Of a stretch of 64,000 nucleotides of DNA, positions 26,948-35,698 are shown piece by piece. The stretch lies in the NCBI GenBank assembly GCA_038326365.1, contig JBBQJY010000001.1, positions 12,128 through 76,127 on the forward strand, given 5' to 3'. Position 1 is the first letter of the stretch. Every line of letters begins with the position of its first letter. The stretch is from Candidatus Curtissbacteria bacterium (GTDB lineage Bacteria; Patescibacteriota; Microgenomatia; Curtissbacterales; GWA2-41-24). The position numbers and the translations under genes are program-made. The notes under the pieces are model-generated. The model was not told where the DNA came from, did no database searches, and saw only the letters and a list, made by a program, of their open reading frames with translations.

Positions 26948-27242
26948 ACACTCTAAAGCGCAGCCCGTAAATTACCTTATGTCCGAGGCTTTTATTTATA
27001 CCATCTATTAATTCATTTTCGCGCATATGCATTTCCGCGAGAATAACATTTGGAGCGGTTATTACCACTTTCCCGTTCCTATAAGTCTTCACGTTGATCT
27101 GAGATAATACCTCCAAGCCAAAATCACGCAAAGTTTCAGAAATTATTTTTTTCGTAATTTGTCGAATTTGAATAGCCAAAATAGCACCATCCGCCTTCCT
27201 TACTCCACCATTGCCCAGTACCGATCCTATCGATTTAAACAC
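26940..27242 (-). CDS. DUF721 (DciA-like) protein downstream of dnaN
   Basis: It is about 100 aa with the pattern GNGGVRKADGAILAIQI...VKTYRNGKVVITAPNVILAEMHMRENELI. Its position immediately after dnaN is typical of DUF721. Confidence 0.55.
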   Translation of the reverse strand: MFKSIGSVLGNGGVRKADGAILAIQIRQITKKIISETLRDFGLEVLSQINVKTYRNGKVVITAPNVILAEMHMRENELIDGINKSLGHKVIYGLRFRVST

Positions 27243-27280
27243 GAATTAATATTCAATTTTCAAAGGAAGATTGTCAATTG

Positions 27281-28426
27281 TCAGTTCTGGAGCCGAACAG
27301 GCATTATGATATGAAAGAAAGATGCAGAGCCAGAAGCTGCAGTAATTTTCCCAGGGTTTAAACTCTCATTCATTTCAAAACCAACTTCCTCTCCATCAAT
27401 GACACTAAGTACTTCAAGTAAATATCTAAAATTAAAGGCTATTTCCCCTCCACGACCCTTCAAATTAAATGGGATTTTCGAGTCACTAGAGCCCACCTGC
27501 GCCGTGTTTGCACTGACAGTTAGGAACTGTGCCTTCCCTTCTACACCGAGCTTCATCCTTATTATATTTCCCGAATCCCTTGCAAAAATCGATGCGATTT
27601 TAATGACCCGCACAAGCTCTTCCTTATTTATCTTGGCACTTGTTGAAAAGTTGCTGGGGATTAACTTGTCCCATGCAGGATAAGTGCCCTCAATAAGTCT
27701 CGTTGTAAACTCAACCCGACCAACCTCAAAAACTGCCTGGTTAAGATCATCAGATAAAAGCAATATTACATTTGCCTCTTTTCCTTCAACACTCTTCTGC
27801 TCCTCAACAATTTTGGCAACCTCAGAAAAAGCCTTGGAGGGAATAATAAACGACACCCCTCCTATATCCGCTCCAGCTGTTACCTCAATATGGGCATGCC
27901 CCAACCTAAAGCCATCAGTTGCAACAAGAGTTAAACCCTTTTTGCTAAGTTGACAAAGAACCCCCGTCAAAATCGGTCTACTTTCATCAACTGCCGCACA
28001 AAAAGCAACCTTGCCCACACAATTTATTAAATCAACTGGTTTAAGCTCAATCCGTTTACCTCCGACTATTTTGGGGATGGCTGGGAACTCTTCGGGTCCC
28101 ATTGTGGAAAGCCTTGCATTGAAGTCACCTGAGGAGATTAATAGTTCCTCACCAAGTTTTTCAACAGAGATAGTTCCTCCAACTAACTGCGAGATAAATT
28201 CAACCAGAGCTCGACCTACAACTGTAATCCCCCCTTCTCTCTCCACTTTCGCTTCAACCTCAACCCTACACGCTGTTTCCAGGTTTGTTGTAATTATCTC
28301 TAGTTTTTTACCACTAGACCTCAAAAGTACATTAGAAAGAATGGGCAAATTTGCCTTTAGCATTAGCGAGCGCGTGGCTACATTGAGTGCTCGTAAAAAG
28401 TCAGATTGTTCTAAAAAAACCTTCAT
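27281..28426 (-). CDS. dnaN: DNA polymerase III beta sliding clamp
   Basis: 381 aa, immediately downstream of dnaA. Three-domain clamp sequence starting MKVFLEQSDFLRALNVATRSL. Confidence 0.9.
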   Translation of the reverse strand: MKVFLEQSDFLRALNVATRSLMLKANLPILSNVLLRSSGKKLEIITTNLETACRVEVEAKVEREGGITVVGRALVEFISQLVGGTISVEKLGEELLISSGDFNARLSTMGPEEFPAIPKIVGGKRIELKPVDLINCVGKVAFCAAVDESRPILTGVLCQLSKKGLTLVATDGFRLGHAHIEVTAGADIGGVSFIIPSKAFSEVAKIVEEQKSVEGKEANVILLLSDDLNQAVFEVGRVEFTTRLIEGTYPAWDKLIPSNFSTSAKINKEELVRVIKIASIFARDSGNIIRMKLGVEGKAQFLTVSANTAQVGSSDSKIPFNLKGRGGEIAFNFRYLLEVLSVIDGEEVGFEMNESLNPGKITAASGSASFFHIIMPVRLQN

Positions 28427-28640
28427 TTATGGGTAGACGTTTACTAGGCAGAAGTTATTTCGGATTATAACACTTTGAGAAATATCTACAATTAATTACC
28501 TTTAATAGAATAGTATTATTAGTATTAGTAATGTTCAAAACCCCAAAAACTCAAAATTCCTATATAAAATCTCAATAGTTTTGTTAATAAAACGTAAAAT
28601 AGTTGGAATAATTTGGGGAAAACTTGTTAGCAACTCTTAA
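28427..28640. promoter_or_regulatory. AT-rich dnaA-dnaN intergenic region, candidate DNA-unwinding element of oriC
   Basis: It is 214 nt and strongly AT-rich with repeated agtattag units. The position is analogous to B. subtilis incC. I saw no canonical TTATCCACA boxes. Confidence 0.35.
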
Positions 28641-29972
28641 TTAAATGTTGATAGTTTCTCTAAGCCTTGATACTTCATCAGCAAACTTTTGGTTTTGAGA
28701 AATTTTAATGCGAACTTTATTTAAAGAGTGGATAACAGTTGAATGATCACGCCCGAAGCAAGAACCCACCTCATCCAAAGACAAAGAAAGTTCGAGCCTC
28801 AAAAAATACATTAGAATTTGTCTGGCACAAACCAAAGAAGCCATTCGAGAAGAACTTTTTAACTCTCCAATATTTGTCTTAAAGTGGCCGCAAACAACGT
28901 CAATAATCTGATCTTTGGTAGTAGTCTTTTTGTTACTGACTGCTTTAAATTGGGTATTTTCAAACGAACCGGTCATTTTTATCTGGGCAAGCACATTTGT
29001 TAACATTCCTTCAAGCTCTCTTGCGCCTCCTTGACAATTTGAAGCAATAAACTCAACTGTTTCCGAAGTAAGTTTTACTTTGCGCTCTGCACATTTAATC
29101 CTGATTATTCCCACCCTGAGTTCATAATCTGGAAAACCAACGTCAGCACTCATACCGCCCATTAACCGACTAACAAGCCTTTCATTTAGGCGCCCCAACT
29201 CTTTAGGGTGCTTGTCCGAGGCAACCACTAACTGCTTACCCGAAAGATAAAGCTCGTTGAAGGTATGAAAAAATTCATCCTGCGTGCTTTCTTTGCCTGC
29301 CAAAAATTGGATATCATCAACAATTAGCAAATGAACGCTTCTATATTTTGAGCGAAACGCACTTTGGGTTTTATTCCTTAGAGACTCTAAATAATCATTA
29401 GTAAATTTTTCGGCAGTAACGTACAAAATTTTAGCATCCTCGTATTTGGCCAGAACCTCGTTAGCAACTGCCTGAAGAAGATGAGTTTTGCCAACACCGG
29501 AGGGGCCGTAAATCACCAAAGGGTTGTAAACTCTGGCAAGTTCACTGGAAACTTGAGAGGCTGCCAGATAAGCTAGGTTATTAGAAGGGCCCACTACAAA
29601 GTTATCAAAAGTGTGATTGGGGTTAATTGAGTCCGCATTTTTCAAAGGAGCAAAATATTGAGGCGCAATTCCCGAAAATAAAGGGGTTCTTTCAGCAGTT
29701 TGTTCAATCTTCTGCGAAACCACAAACAACACCCTGTCCCTTGCCAGATTTTTTTCCAAAAGAACCTGTTCAATTTTTGAAAGATATCTTTTTTCAATTT
29801 GTTCTTTCAAAAAAGAATTTTTCACTCCAACAACCAAAAGGTTCTGATTCTCACCTTTTTTGTAATCCATAAGGTAAGATCCTGCAAACCAGGTCCGAAA
29901 AGTTGACGACGAAATAGAAAGTTTCAGGCCACTGAGAATGTCTCCCCAGACCTTTTGTCCATCTTTATACAT
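28641..29972 (-). CDS. dnaA: Chromosomal replication initiator DnaA
   Basis: Walker A GPSGVGKTHLL, Walker B LLIVDDIQFLAGK, and domain IV SLDEVGSCFGRDHSTVIHSLNKV. Confidence 0.95.
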   Translation of the reverse strand: MYKDGQKVWGDILSGLKLSISSSTFRTWFAGSYLMDYKKGENQNLLVVGVKNSFLKEQIEKRYLSKIEQVLLEKNLARDRVLFVVSQKIEQTAERTPLFSGIAPQYFAPLKNADSINPNHTFDNFVVGPSNNLAYLAASQVSSELARVYNPLVIYGPSGVGKTHLLQAVANEVLAKYEDAKILYVTAEKFTNDYLESLRNKTQSAFRSKYRSVHLLIVDDIQFLAGKESTQDEFFHTFNELYLSGKQLVVASDKHPKELGRLNERLVSRLMGGMSADVGFPDYELRVGIIRIKCAERKVKLTSETVEFIASNCQGGARELEGMLTNVLAQIKMTGSFENTQFKAVSNKKTTTKDQIIDVVCGHFKTNIGELKSSSRMASLVCARQILMYFLRLELSLSLDEVGSCFGRDHSTVIHSLNKVRIKISQNQKFADEVSRLRETINI

Positions 29973-30238
29973 TTATTCATCCAATGATTTAAGAGATTAA
30001 CTCTTTATTGCAGGCTGTAAGCGAAGGATCTATACCAGTCTTCTGTCAAATTGAGCGGCAGCTGTTTTGACCAGAGATCTATTCTCTAAAACGAAGACTA
30101 AAAATTAAGTCCGATACTCATAATTGCAAAGTTTATTAACACTTGTCAACATCCCAAAAGAATTGTTGAAAACTAACAAACACCAGCCTCCAACTTGCTC
30201 AATTTATCCATTTTCTGCTAATATCCCATTTACAACAA
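29973..30238. promoter_or_regulatory. Divergent dnaA / rpmH intergenic region, candidate DnaA-box cluster of oriC
   Basis: Classical rpmH-oriC-dnaA arrangement. There are degenerate DnaA-box-like 9-mers, for example ttatccatt near 30203 and ttattcatc at 29973. Confidence 0.4.
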
Positions 30239-30376
30239 ATGACTAAAAGAACTTATCAGCCTAAAAAAAGAAAGCGCCAAAAAACCCACGGTTTTCGAGT
30301 GCGAATGAGGACAACAGACGGTCAAAATGTTTTGAAAAGACGCAGGAGCAAGAAGCGTGCAAAGCTTACTGTTTGA
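30239..30376 (+). CDS. rpmH: Ribosomal protein L34 (45 aa; below the ORF-track size cutoff)
   Basis: Translates to [45 protein letters not shown]. Confidence 0.85.
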   Translation: MTKRTYQPKKRKRQKTHGFRVRMRTTDGQNVLKRRRSKKRAKLTV

Positions 30377-30681
30377 TGCTCCCCAAAAAAGAACGTCTAA
30401 ATCTGGCGAAAACCAAATTTGTGGGGGAAAGAATTGAAGATGAATGCTTTGTACTAATATGGCACCAAGCATCAAGTTTTAAGCTGGCTGTAGTTATTCC
30501 AAAAACTGTCGCCAAAAAAGCAGTCGATAGAAACAGGATGAGACGTCTGGTTCAGGTGTCTCTCAAAAATAAAAGCTACAAGTTAGAGCTACTTGTTAAA
30601 GTAAAGAAAAACTTAAGCGATTTAAAACAGAATGAAATTCAAAAAAATCTGGAAAAAATTCTATCAAAAATTGACAATTAA
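30376..30681 (+). CDS. rnpA: RNase P protein component
   Basis: The KKAVDRNRMRRLV motif. It overlaps the rpmH stop (ATGA). Confidence 0.8.
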   Translation: MLPKKERLNLAKTKFVGERIEDECFVLIWHQASSFKLAVVIPKTVAKKAVDRNRMRRLVQVSLKNKSYKLELLVKVKKNLSDLKQNEIQKNLEKILSKIDN

Positions 30682-30883
30682 AATAACTCGCTCTGCATTT
30701 TTTATTTATAGTGGTCTGTTTAAGTCAAACGTTCGCACTTGTAGATACGAACCTACATGTAGCGATTACGCCCAACAAGCCCTAATAAAATATGGCCTTG
30801 TAACCGGCGCGACCAAATCAATTGTCAGGCTCCTGAGCTGTCAACCATTTTCAAAAAGAGCAATAATTGACCCCCTAATTTAA
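30632..30883 (+). CDS. yidD: Membrane protein insertion efficiency factor YidD
   Basis: IWKKFYQ...CRYEPTCSDYAQQALIKYGLVTGATKSIVRLLSCQPF matches the YidD family. Confidence 0.7.
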   Translation: MKFKKIWKKFYQKLTIKITRSAFFIYSGLFKSNVRTCRYEPTCSDYAQQALIKYGLVTGATKSIVRLLSCQPFSKRAIIDPLI

Positions 30884-31719
30884 TGAACCCACTAGCACTT
30901 GTCGGCACCCTTTTCCAGTTTGTACTTTACAAGCCAATCTTTACGATACTCATCGTAATATATCACCTGCTTTCTCTACTCAGTGTGCCAAGCGCACTAG
31001 GGCTTTCAATTATCCTACTTACCATCTTGATAAGACTTATCCTGTGGCCACTCACAGCTTCCCAGCTAAAAAGTAGTAAAAAAATGGCTGAGCTCAAGCC
31101 GCACTTAGACAAAATTAAAGAAAAACACGGCAGCGACAAAATGCGCCACCAACAAGAGGTCAATAAGCTCTACAAAGAGCATGGGGTAAATCCTGTAGCT
31201 GGATGCCTCCCCCTGCTTTTACAAATCCCCGTCTTTATCGCTCTTTATCAAGTCCTAGGTGCTTTTGTAAATTCTGCTAAACCGCTAGCCGATATTAATC
31301 AATTCATACTCATACCATCGCTCAGGTTAAACGAATTACCCAACACATCTTTTTTTGGACTAAGCCTGTCGACCAAACCCAATGAGTGGTCTCACATCGG
31401 CTTTCTAATTTTGGCAATCCCTCTACTAACCGGAGTTTTACAATTTATCCAATCCAAAATGCTCATCCCAGAAGAAAAAGCCTTAGAGAAAGTTAAATCC
31501 AAAAAAGAATCCAAAGGTAATATGGAGGATTCGATGGCCCAAATGCAGGGACAAATGGCTATGATTATGCCCGCTATGATTGCTTTTTTTTCATACGGGT
31601 TTCCAGTCGGCCTGTCGCTTTACTGGAATACTTTTACCGTTCTTGGTATAGTTCAGCAGTATAAAATCATGGGTGCAGGCTCACTGAACAAATATTTGCC
31701 CAAAAATTTACAAAAATAA
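30883..31719 (+). CDS. yidC: Membrane protein insertase YidC (short form)
   Basis: 278 aa and polytopic, with the conserved region LLPLLLQIPVFIALYQVL. It follows yidD. Confidence 0.85.
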   Translation: MNPLALVGTLFQFVLYKPIFTILIVIYHLLSLLSVPSALGLSIILLTILIRLILWPLTASQLKSSKKMAELKPHLDKIKEKHGSDKMRHQQEVNKLYKEHGVNPVAGCLPLLLQIPVFIALYQVLGAFVNSAKPLADINQFILIPSLRLNELPNTSFFGLSLSTKPNEWSHIGFLILAIPLLTGVLQFIQSKMLIPEEKALEKVKSKKESKGNMEDSMAQMQGQMAMIMPAMIAFFSYGFPVGLSLYWNTFTVLGIVQQYKIMGAGSLNKYLPKNLQK

Positions 31720-31721
31720 AA

Positions 31722-32201
31722 ATGACCAAGGCAGTTAAAAAATCAGAACTGGATGAAAATTTAGTTGCTCAAAATGTCAAAGAGTTAATCGAGAAACTAG
31801 GTGTATCGGCAACTGCAGAAATCAGTAAAATCGACAATAGCTATTTTATAGACATCAAAAGCGAAGACTCTTCCTTGCTTATCGGCAAATACGGGGCAAA
31901 TCTTGAAAGTCTCCAGTTCGTTTTGGCAGTTCGCCTCAAGTTGCAAACTCAACAAGACGACTTCGAAATCTTTTTAGATATCGACAATTGGCGAAAACAA
32001 AAGGAACAAAAATTGGAAAAAATGGCCCTAGAAACCGCAGCTAAGGTCGAAGAGACTCAAGCAGAAGAGGCTCTTTATAACTTGAAACCCTCCGAAAGGC
32101 GTGTAATTCACGCGCTCTTTACCGCACATCCCAGAGTGACCACAGAGTCAACCGGCGAAGGTGACGGCCGTTATTTAATAATCAAACCCCGCAAAGCTTA
32201 A
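31722..32201 (+). CDS. jag: Jag/KhpB-like RNA-binding protein (KH + R3H)
   Basis: C-terminal R3H region LKPSERRVIHALFTAHPRVTTESTGEG. It follows yidC. Confidence 0.7.
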   Translation: MTKAVKKSELDENLVAQNVKELIEKLGVSATAEISKIDNSYFIDIKSEDSSLLIGKYGANLESLQFVLAVRLKLQTQQDDFEIFLDIDNWRKQKEQKLEKMALETAAKVEETQAEEALYNLKPSERRVIHALFTAHPRVTTESTGEGDGRYLIIKPRKA

Positions 32202-32208
32202 AGCTGAA

Positions 32209-33480
32209 GTGGCTAGTAGAAAGTTCTCATTTCTACACAAAAGCACTTTAACTCTCAGCCAAGCCCTTTTTTTATCAACTCTTGCCTCAATACCCCTTCA
32301 ATTAAATAAGTATATTTTTGTCAAGAGTTCTCTTGTTTTGGGGATTCCGGTTGACTATCGGGCAATTTCAATTTATGCCAGTGATTTTTTGACTATTGCC
32401 TTAGTCTTGACGTTTATTTTTGAGAACAGGAAAAGTTTACTCAGCATTTTTAATAAATACAAAAACATTGCAATTCCACTTTTAATCTTGAATTTCTATC
32501 TTATTGCTAGTTCCATCTTTTTTTCCCGGGATCCTCAAATATCTATTGTTTTTAATGCAAAAACTTTGCTTTTCTCAGTCTTTTGTATTATCTGTGCTTT
32601 TTATTTTTCAAAAAAGGAACTAATTGATAAATCGTATTTAGTAGTCGCCTTCTCGCTTCTTTGGCAGTCCTTTTTGGCTATTTGGCAATTTTTATTCCAA
32701 AAATCCGCCAATTTTTATTTTCTAGGTGAACGCTCCTTTGATACCACGACTACCGCTATTGCTCATTTCAGCCTTTTTGGCAACCAGCTTCTAAGGCCAT
32801 ATGGTACTTTCCCCCATCCTAACGTTTTGGCCGCATTTTTAATTATCTTTGCCCTAGTTTTGATGTCCCAAGAAACGACATGGTCCAAAATACAAAAAAG
32901 ATTGGATTTAATCAAAACTGCCCTATTGCTCGCCCTTTGTGCAAGCCTGGTGACTTTTTCCAAAACAGCGCTTTTTATTGTTGCACTATTGCCGCTGGTA
33001 AATAGTTCCAAAAAAACAAAAATAATTCTCTCTCTTGCTCTTCTCTCTCTGGCCTATTTTTATATTTCGCTTTTTGCCCAAAACTACCTCAACTCAATTG
33101 CAGAAAGACTACAATTAATTCAAGCTTCACTAGAAATAATCAGACACAATTTGTTTGTAGGCACCGGCAGCAATAATTTTATACCGGCGCTATCAAAGCT
33201 CAATATAATTTCTGTTGCTGGAGTACGATTACTTCAACCAGTACACAATGTCTTTTTACTTATTTTGGCCGAAAATGGTCTTCTAGGCCTTTTGTTTTTT
33301 GCCCTCCTTTTGTTCAGAGTCTTTAAATACTGCAACACATGGCAAAAGACTTATATTTTTTTTGCCCTCCTTATTTATATGTCGACAGACCACTTTTTTT
33401 GGACGCTTCAACAAGGAAGACTACTTTTCTTTTTCGCGCTAGGCTTTATTCTCAGTTCGCACAATAAGGCTTCAGCCTGA
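32209..33480 (+). CDS. O-antigen ligase / Wzy_C-family polytopic membrane protein
   Basis: About ten TM helices and the ligase-type motif HNVFLLILAENGLLGLLFF. Confidence 0.55.
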   Translation: MASRKFSFLHKSTLTLSQALFLSTLASIPLQLNKYIFVKSSLVLGIPVDYRAISIYASDFLTIALVLTFIFENRKSLLSIFNKYKNIAIPLLILNFYLIASSIFFSRDPQISIVFNAKTLLFSVFCIICAFYFSKKELIDKSYLVVAFSLLWQSFLAIWQFLFQKSANFYFLGERSFDTTTTAIAHFSLFGNQLLRPYGTFPHPNVLAAFLIIFALVLMSQETTWSKIQKRLDLIKTALLLALCASLVTFSKTALFIVALLPLVNSSKKTKIILSLALLSLAYFYISLFAQNYLNSIAERLQLIQASLEIIRHNLFVGTGSNNFIPALSKLNIISVAGVRLLQPVHNVFLLILAENGLLGLLFFALLLFRVFKYCNTWQKTYIFFALLIYMSTDHFFWTLQQGRLLFFFALGFILSSHNKASA

Positions 33481-33497
33481 TATATTTAAAAAGATCT

Positions 33498-34763
33498 ATG
33501 ATCAAAAAAGTCTTTTATAACGCAGGTGCACAAATAATTGGCAAAGTTATCACCGCTTCTTCTACTCTCTTCATAACAATTATTATCGCTCGCAGCCTTG
33601 GCAATGAAGGCTACGGTGATTTTACAAAGGTCTTTGTTTTCGTTGGATATTTTTATACAGTTGCCGATTTTGGATTAAATACTGTCTTCATCAAAAATGA
33701 AAACCAGGATAAAGTTTTTATCAAATACTTAGCCGGACTCAGGCTGATTATTGGATTTTGCCTAGTATTAACCGCCATTTTAATTAGCCTTTTTCTTCCC
33801 TACAACCACCAGCTGGCCATCGGTTTTAGCCCTCAAGTTAAGCTAGGAATTGCCATTGCTTCCTTGACTATTCTGACTCAAGCTCTTTTTACAACTGCAA
33901 ACGCATATTTCCAAAAAAACCTAAGATATGATCTCTCAACAGTCGCAGCAATAAGTGGAACTTTTGTCACATTAATTCTCACAGCTGTGGGATCATTGCT
34001 CCATTTTCCATTCGATTTCTATGTAGGGGTTTACACTTTTGGAGGAATAACTTTTGTTTTTACCGCCTATTTTTTAATTAAAGTATTCTTGAGAACTTCA
34101 ATCCTGCCTGCCTTCTCCTCAGGCAAATTCAAGGAGTTTATCAAAGACGCTTGGCCAGTCGGTACAGCTCTGATTTTTAACTTAATCTACTTCAGGCTGG
34201 ACATTTTAATATTGTCATACGCCAGGAGCTCTGCCGAAGTTGGTGTTTATGGCCTTGCCTACCAATTCTTCGAGGCTTCACTATCGATACCGATTTTTTT
34301 TGCAAATGCCCTTTTCCCTTTGCTTACCAATCTTCATAAAAAGGACAAGCCTGCATATCAAAAAGAAGTTAAACGATGGGCCGGGCTGCTTTTGGGGATA
34401 TCGGCCCTGCTAATGGCAGCCCTAGTTTTCTTATCATTTTCAATCCCACTTATTTTCAAAGGACAATTTATAGCATCTCAAAGCTTATTAGTACTCCTCT
34501 CGGCTGGTTTGCCCTTTTTCTTCATCTCAGCCTTACTTTGGCATATTCTAATTATTGAAAACAAACAAAAATATTTAGGCGGAACCTACTTGGCGGGGGC
34601 AATTTTCAATTTGCTAGCAAACCTTTTTCTCATTCCAAAGTATGGTGCCCTGGCAGCCGCGGCAACCACAGTGGTCTCGGAGCTTGTTATTGTTTTGATT
34701 TTATTCATTTGCTACAAATTCACAGTCGCCAATAGCAAACTTGCCATAAGTAATTTAAAATAG
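33498..34763 (+). CDS. Polysaccharide biosynthesis flippase (MOP/Wzx-like)
   Basis: 421 aa with 12 or more TM helices. The lysine-rich N-terminus is typical of the Wzx/MurJ superfamily. Confidence 0.55.
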   Translation: MIKKVFYNAGAQIIGKVITASSTLFITIIIARSLGNEGYGDFTKVFVFVGYFYTVADFGLNTVFIKNENQDKVFIKYLAGLRLIIGFCLVLTAILISLFLPYNHQLAIGFSPQVKLGIAIASLTILTQALFTTANAYFQKNLRYDLSTVAAISGTFVTLILTAVGSLLHFPFDFYVGVYTFGGITFVFTAYFLIKVFLRTSILPAFSSGKFKEFIKDAWPVGTALIFNLIYFRLDILILSYARSSAEVGVYGLAYQFFEASLSIPIFFANALFPLLTNLHKKDKPAYQKEVKRWAGLLLGISALLMAALVFLSFSIPLIFKGQFIASQSLLVLLSAGLPFFFISALLWHILIIENKQKYLGGTYLAGAIFNLLANLFLIPKYGALAAAATTVVSELVIVLILFICYKFTVANSKLAISNLK

Positions 34764-34767
34764 CTCA

Positions 34768-35178
34768 ATGTTAGTTATTAACTGCGATGGAGGATCCCGT
34801 GGCAACCCAGGCCCTGCGGCTTTCGGCTTTGTTGTAAAAGAAAAAGGAAAAATTATAGAAAAAGGTGGCGGATACATAGGCACGGCCACTAATAATGTCG
34901 CCGAGTACACAGCTGTTATTGAAGCTCTAAAACTGCTGAGCGAAAAAAAGTACAGACACCAACTCAGCTTTTACCTGGACTCCCAACTCGTTGTTTCGCA
35001 ATTGACAGGCGTATACAAGGTCAAGGACGCAAAAATTAGAGAATTAGTTATTCGCGTGCATCAATTCGAAACGGACTTTGAAAGTGTAATGTATTATCAT
35101 ATTCCCAGAGAAAAAAATAAGGAGGCAGACTTACTAGTAAATCTGGCTTTAGATCAGGCAATCCATGACTTTAAATGA
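34768..35178 (+). CDS. rnhA: Ribonuclease HI-like (RNase H fold)
   Basis: Catalytic DGG/E/D/D pattern: NCDGGSRGNPGPAAFG ... NNVAEYTAVIEAL ... YLDSQLVV ... KNKEAD. Confidence 0.65.
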   Translation: MLVINCDGGSRGNPGPAAFGFVVKEKGKIIEKGGGYIGTATNNVAEYTAVIEALKLLSEKKYRHQLSFYLDSQLVVSQLTGVYKVKDAKIRELVIRVHQFETDFESVMYYHIPREKNKEADLLVNLALDQAIHDFK

Positions 35179-35698
35179 GTTTTTTGAAATTTTAAGAAAG
35201 AACCTAATTTTTATTATCGTTCTTGCCGTCGTTGGCGCTTTAGTTGCCTATTTTGCCACTGGTTTTATCAAATCCGGCTACCTCAACCAGCAACTACTTT
35301 TCCTCACAATAGAATCCAAAAATCCCCAGGACCAACTGCGAGGACTTGATCCTTCAACGACCACTGATACCGCTGTTGCCCTCATGAATAACAGCCCTCA
35401 AACAAGTGGTTCTTCAACCGACGCCAAAAAAGTTGCCTCTCAGGTTATAAGGCTAACGACTGAAAGCAAAAATGGCCAAAACTCAGAACTTGTCGGTCAA
35501 ATGGCCACCGAAAAATTCAATGATGAAATTAAAACTTACGTACCGAACTATAACCTGAAACTAATTCAAATAAATCAAACAACAGCCCCTTCGCGCCGGC
35601 TTTTGAACACCAATGTATTAGCAGTTTTTGGAGCCGCAGTAGGTTTTCTGACGGCTTTAATGCTGATATTGATAGGCAACTATTTTAAGATTCTTTGA
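35165..35698 (+). CDS. Small membrane protein with N- and C-terminal TM helices (Wzz-like topology)
   Basis: The topology is TM, a roughly 120-aa loop, then TM. It sits between the flippase and the DUF4012 gene. Confidence 0.35.
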   Translation: MTLNEFFEILRKNLIFIIVLAVVGALVAYFATGFIKSGYLNQQLLFLTIESKNPQDQLRGLDPSTTTDTAVALMNNSPQTSGSSTDAKKVASQVIRLTTESKNGQNSELVGQMATEKFNDEIKTYVPNYNLKLIQINQTTAPSRRLLNTNVLAVFGAAVGFLTALMLILIGNYFKIL

